A DNA stretch of 64,000 nt from an uncultured Acidobacteriaceae bacterium (lineage in GTDB: Bacteria > Acidobacteriota > Terriglobia > Terriglobales > Acidobacteriaceae): assembly GCA_963770915.1 (NCBI GenBank), contig CAVYRG010000002.1, positions 28,203 to 92,202 of the forward strand. The letters are read 5' to 3'. The notes beneath the pieces are model-generated. The model saw only the letters and a program-made list of their open reading frames with translations, had not been told where the DNA came from and did no database searches. How positions within the stretch are numbered: the first letter of the stretch is position 1; every line of letters starts with the position of its first letter. Below, in pieces: positions 60,598 to 64,000 of the stretch. A program made the position numbers and the translations under genes.

Positions 60598-60643
60598 GTC
60601 TCAGTGCCAGGGGCTGTCTGATTTCTGATGAAGGCTTGGTGTT

Positions 60644-60673
60644 CCCCTGTGCTTCTCTGTGTCCTCTGTGGTT
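60644..60673. repeat. family-C short repeat, copy C3 (reverse orientation)
   Basis: The reverse complement reads AACCACAGAGGACACAGAGAAGCACAGGGG. Lies between the convergent rhomboid and folE genes. Confidence 0.6.
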
Positions 60674-60706
60674 TGGGGTTTCATTCGACACCTGCTCAGA
60701 GTTTCC

Positions 60707-61315
60707 CTAGAGCCCGTTGGCGCGATTGCGAATGAGGGAAAGGAACTCGGTCCGGGTCTCTTCTTCGTTGCGGAACGATCCCAGCATGGAGGAAGTCACG
60801 GCGGCAGAGTGTTGCTTCTCCACCCCGCGCATCATCATGCACAGATGGCGCGCTTCAATCACTACCCCCACGCCTTGCGGCTGAATCGCGCTCTGAATGG
60901 TCTCGGCAATTTGCGTGGTCAGGCGCTCCTGAATTTGCAATCTGCGGGCGAAAATCTCGATCAGCCGCGGAATTTTGCTCAATCCGATCACTTTGCCATT
61001 GGGGATGTACGCCACGTGCACCTTGCCGAAGAAGGGCAGCAAATGGTGCTCGCACAGGCTGAACATCTCGATGTCTTTTACGATCACCATCTCGTCGTAG
61101 GTGACGGTGAACAGAGCTTTCCGCAATAAAGCCTCTGGGTCCTCCTGGTAGCCCTTGGTCAGGAATTCGTAGGCCCGGCGCATGCGTTCGGGCGTGCGCT
61201 GCAGACCTTCTCGAGAGGGATCCTCGCCCAGCCGGACAAGTACCTCGCGCAGCAAATCATCGAAGCTGGCGCTGGTCAACGTGCCGTTCTCGATCGATTT
61301 CGTGACGTCTGCCAC
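60707..61315 (-). CDS. folE: GTP cyclohydrolase I
   Basis: [18 protein letters not shown] and QERLTTQIA motifs. GTG 61315 has GGAGG 4 nt upstream and avoids overlap with queD. ATG 61366 from the track would overlap queD by 29 nt. Confidence 0.9.
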   Translation of the reverse strand: MADVTKSIENGTLTSASFDDLLREVLVRLGEDPSREGLQRTPERMRRAYEFLTKGYQEDPEALLRKALFTVTYDEMVIVKDIEMFSLCEHHLLPFFGKVHVAYIPNGKVIGLSKIPRLIEIFARRLQIQERLTTQIAETIQSAIQPQGVGVVIEARHLCMMMRGVEKQHSAAVTSSMLGSFRNEEETRTEFLSLIRNRANGL

Positions 61316-61337
61316 TATGCCTCCGGGCCTGCTGCTC

Positions 61338-61760
61338 TCACCTGCGCAGTTCCGCTCCTCCCGCATATTCGAAGGAATTCATCATAGTCTCTTCCATACG
61401 TACCTTCTCCAGATGAGCAGAGACGAAGCCGCGCTGCAAAATATCGTAAATTGCGGTGCACAGGTTCTCCGTTGTAGGAACGGCCCGCGCGAACTCGGGC
61501 AGCGTGTTCAGGTTCTGCACATCGAAACGCTCCACGATCTGCCGCTGCACAAAATCATCCAAATCCACGAGATTGCAGACCATCCCTGTGCTTTCCTGCA
61601 CCGGCCCGCTGACGGTTACTTCGAGGGCGTAGTTGTGCCCATGCCCATGTGGGTTGTTGCACTTCCCGTAAGTTGCGACGTTCTCTGTCTCAGACATGGC
61701 ATCGTTATGTAATCGATGCGAGGCGGAAAACATGTAGCGCCGCGTGAGGTATGCCTTCAT
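61338..61760 (-). CDS. queD: 6-carboxytetrahydropterin synthase / 6-pyruvoyl-tetrahydropterin synthase family protein
   Basis: 140 aa. FSASHRL and [13 protein letters not shown] motifs. Confidence 0.88.
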   Translation of the reverse strand: MKAYLTRRYMFSASHRLHNDAMSETENVATYGKCNNPHGHGHNYALEVTVSGPVQESTGMVCNLVDLDDFVQRQIVERFDVQNLNTLPEFARAVPTTENLCTAIYDILQRGFVSAHLEKVRMEETMMNSFEYAGGAELRR

Positions 61761-62167
61761 GCTTCCCCGTAAAAATCCACAAACAGATCGGGCGTCTCAT
61801 AAACCCGCACCCGGTGCAGCTTTGCCCTCTCAAACTTGCATTCCAGACGCTGCCAAATGGAAATCGCCAGATTTTCTGTCGTCGGAATGCGATGGAGAAA
61901 CTCGGGCACTTCTTTGTTCAAAAAACGATGATCCAATGCGTCGAGCACTTCCTTATGGAGGCTCTCCTTTAGCTGGCGCAAATCCACCACGAAGCCCGAG
62001 CGCGGATCGACCTCGCCCTTAACCGTAACTTCGAGCGTGTAGTTGTGCCCATGTCCGTTGGGATTATTGCATTTGCCGAAGATTCTCCGGTTCTCCTCCG
62101 GCGTCAGACTCGGATTGTCATAGTAATGCGAAGCGGAGAACTCGGCTTTGCGCGTCAAATAAACCAT
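61757..62167 (-). CDS. second PTPS/QueD-family paralog
   Basis: 136 aa. FSASHYY and GKCNNPNGHGHNY motifs. Its stop overlaps the next start (ATGA). Confidence 0.86.
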   Translation of the reverse strand: MVYLTRKAEFSASHYYDNPSLTPEENRRIFGKCNNPNGHGHNYTLEVTVKGEVDPRSGFVVDLRQLKESLHKEVLDALDHRFLNKEVPEFLHRIPTTENLAISIWQRLECKFERAKLHRVRVYETPDLFVDFYGEA

Positions 62168-62202
62168 ATTTGTGTTCTAACGGTACCGCAATCCTCAATC
62201 CT

Positions 62203-63321
62203 CTATCTTACCGAACCCGCCGGTTCCTGGGCCTCAGGCGACGCGACATGCGCGGGGTTTCGAGCTTCAACCACGCGCAGCATTTCCTCCAGAAATTGCC
62301 GTGCCACGAGCGGCGCGTCGAACTGCTTAACGAATTCCGCGCCCGCCAGGCCGAGACGTTCCCGCAAGTCCGGCTGCCGATAAAAACTCTCCACCGCGTC
62401 CGCCAACGCCTCTTCGTCGTCCGGTTCGGCAAGCAATCCGTGCGTCACCACTTCCGGCGCCGCTGCGGCCCGCGCCGCGACGATCGGTTTTCCGTTAACC
62501 ATCGCCTCGAGAAAAACGACTCCAAACCCCTCCTGGACGCTGGGCAGGCAAAAGACATGGCACTGGCCATATTGGCGCGCCAGTTCGACCTGCGTGACAT
62601 TGCCGAGAAATCTAACGACATCTTCCAGGCGCTTCGCCCGCCACAAGGACTTCAGACTCGACGTCTCCGGCCCGTCGCCAACAATCCGCACCTCCAGCCC
62701 GGGAATCCGGCCGCGCAGCCTTTCCGCGGCTCCCAGAAGAACGTGCAGCCGTTTGCGCGGATAAAAGCGGCACACCGTGAGCACAACAAACTTCCCGGGA
62801 TCTGCGGCCGATTCATTGGCCTGGATCAGCTTCTTCCATTGCCCAAGGTCAATCAGTTCCGGAACCACGCGCGGCTCGGCGCGCGGATTGTAGAACCGCC
62901 GAATCTGCCCGCTGGAATATTTGCTCGTGGTGATCACCGCGTCGGCGCGACGCACGTGCTGCTTCTCGCAAGCCGCCTGCAGCCGCATCGTCGCCTTCGT
63001 AATCCCCGATTCAAAGCGCGCCTCGTCGGCAATCACTCCTTTGACGGCCGCAATGTGCACACCCCGTCCCTTGCCGGCGAGCGTATAGCCGTCCATATCG
63101 AAGCCGACCGTCACATCAAAGTCTTCGTGGTGTCGGCTCGGCAGCGTCGCATTGAAGATCAGCCGCTCGAGCGTATAGGGACGTATCGACCAAGTCGGAG
63201 CCACCACTTCCACCGTCACACCCAAGTCGCGGAGAGCGCCCGCCAGCGTTTGAATTCCCACAAACGTGCCGCTTCCTAGTTCTATGTTTTGTGGTGTGGA
63301 AGTGATAAAGCGAACCCGCAT
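62203..63321 (-). CDS. GT4-family (GT-B, group 1) glycosyltransferase
   Basis: 372 aa. C-terminal EGFGVVFLEAM E-x7-E motif. Confidence 0.86.
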   Translation of the reverse strand: MRVRFITSTPQNIELGSGTFVGIQTLAGALRDLGVTVEVVAPTWSIRPYTLERLIFNATLPSRHHEDFDVTVGFDMDGYTLAGKGRGVHIAAVKGVIADEARFESGITKATMRLQAACEKQHVRRADAVITTSKYSSGQIRRFYNPRAEPRVVPELIDLGQWKKLIQANESAADPGKFVVLTVCRFYPRKRLHVLLGAAERLRGRIPGLEVRIVGDGPETSSLKSLWRAKRLEDVVRFLGNVTQVELARQYGQCHVFCLPSVQEGFGVVFLEAMVNGKPIVAARAAAAPEVVTHGLLAEPDDEEALADAVESFYRQPDLRERLGLAGAEFVKQFDAPLVARQFLEEMLRVVEARNPAHVASPEAQEPAGSVR

Positions 63322-63435
63322 TCATATGGCTCCGGGTCGGACAATGGTCAGAACAATTGGCGGTCAGAAGGGCTCGGCATTCGGCACAAAAACCGCTGCC
63401 TTCTGCCCTCGCGGCAAATTGAGTATTATATCTGT

Positions 63436-63924
63436 GTGCGGCGCGCTTCTGTTCTGCTCGGGATCCTAACTCTTCTGCTGGCAGGTTGTTATAGCGGCTC
63501 CCGGCCGCCCCATATCGGCAGCGCCGCCCCCGATTTCACGGTCCAGGACTCCACCACCAAAGTCACGCTCAGCGAGTTCCGCGGAAAGGTCGTGGTCCTG
63601 AATTTCTGGGCTACCTGGTGCCAGCCCTGCGTGGACGAAGTGCCTTCCCTTGAAATAATGCAACAGAAACTGCGCAGCAAGGGCGTGATTGTGCTAGCCG
63701 TCAGTGTCGACGAAGACGCCAGCGCTTATCGTCGGTTTCTACAGCAGCACAACGTCGGTTTGCTCACGGTTCGCGATCCCACCCAGAAAAGCAACGATCT
63801 CTATGGGACCTTCCGCTTTCCCGAGACCTACATCATCGACCGCAAGGGAATGATGCGGCGCAAGTTCATCGGCGAGGTGAACTGGAGCGACCCTGAAGTC
63901 GTGAACTATCTCAGCAGGTTGTAA
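63436..63924 (+). CDS. TlpA-family thiol:disulfide oxidoreductase lipoprotein
   Basis: GTG 63436 gives MRRASVLLGILTLLLAGC (lipobox). Thioredoxin motif WATWCQPC. Confidence 0.85.
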   Translation: MRRASVLLGILTLLLAGCYSGSRPPHIGSAAPDFTVQDSTTKVTLSEFRGKVVVLNFWATWCQPCVDEVPSLEIMQQKLRSKGVIVLAVSVDEDASAYRRFLQQHNVGLLTVRDPTQKSNDLYGTFRFPETYIIDRKGMMRRKFIGEVNWSDPEVVNYLSRL

Positions 63925-64000
63925 CGGCTATTGGGCGGTGAGACTGAGAGCCTCATCCAGACTCGGCTGCGGGTGCTTGCGTAATACCGCTGTCTGGGCT

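Overview
GC-rich bacterial chromosomal segment. The gene content and the GTCAT-type interspersed palindromic repeats look Acidobacteriota (Terriglobia)-like to me; that is from memory, not a search. I call about 60 protein genes, one tRNA-Ser(CGA), several rho-independent terminators and at least three families of short interspersed repeats. I saw no transposase, integrase, phage gene, CRISPR array or recognisable defence system, so this is mostly core metabolism rather than an accessory island.

Gene content, in order:
- sdhC-(small ORF)-sdhA-sdhB
- M15-like peptidase, P-loop kinase, two cyclophilins, a solitary Phd-type antitoxin
- OmpR/His-kinase pair followed by TolC-MFP-RND efflux genes
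- an esterase bracketed by repeats, then mdh and icd
- glnE, glutathione peroxidase, a TPR protein plus a ClC channel
- BlaI/BlaR1-like pair followed by HtrA
- MgtC/DUF4010
- MFS plus two RraA-like proteins plus an enolase-superfamily enzyme, all three enzymes with export signals
- glnA and a divergent LysR regulator
- a polyamine set (pdaD, deoxyhypusine-synthase-like, aguB, aguA)
- a lone NuoI-like ferredoxin, GT39, a membrane O-methyltransferase, tadA
- fur-katG, SDR, YceI, VOC, truB, rhomboid
- GT4-PTPS-QueD-FolE, TlpA

Most notable observations:
1. Six reading-frame breaks, each explained by a single extra base. Four are in glnA, one in the adjacent LysR gene and one in the RND pump. This is either a decaying glnA locus or sequence error.
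2. A BlaI/M56 proteolytic switch appears linked to htrA through a shared AACTAA-N4-TTAGTT palindrome.
3. A sugar-acid-like operon whose dehydratase and both aldolase-like proteins carry Tat/Sec signals.
4. A modular MITE-like repeat superfamily sits inside operons. One copy lies in frame in the 5' end of the efflux adaptor gene and supplies an alternative ATG.
5. A GT4-PTPS-QueD-FolE cluster might make a glycosylated pterin.

Nothing here can be asserted as a new system without database searches and experiments.
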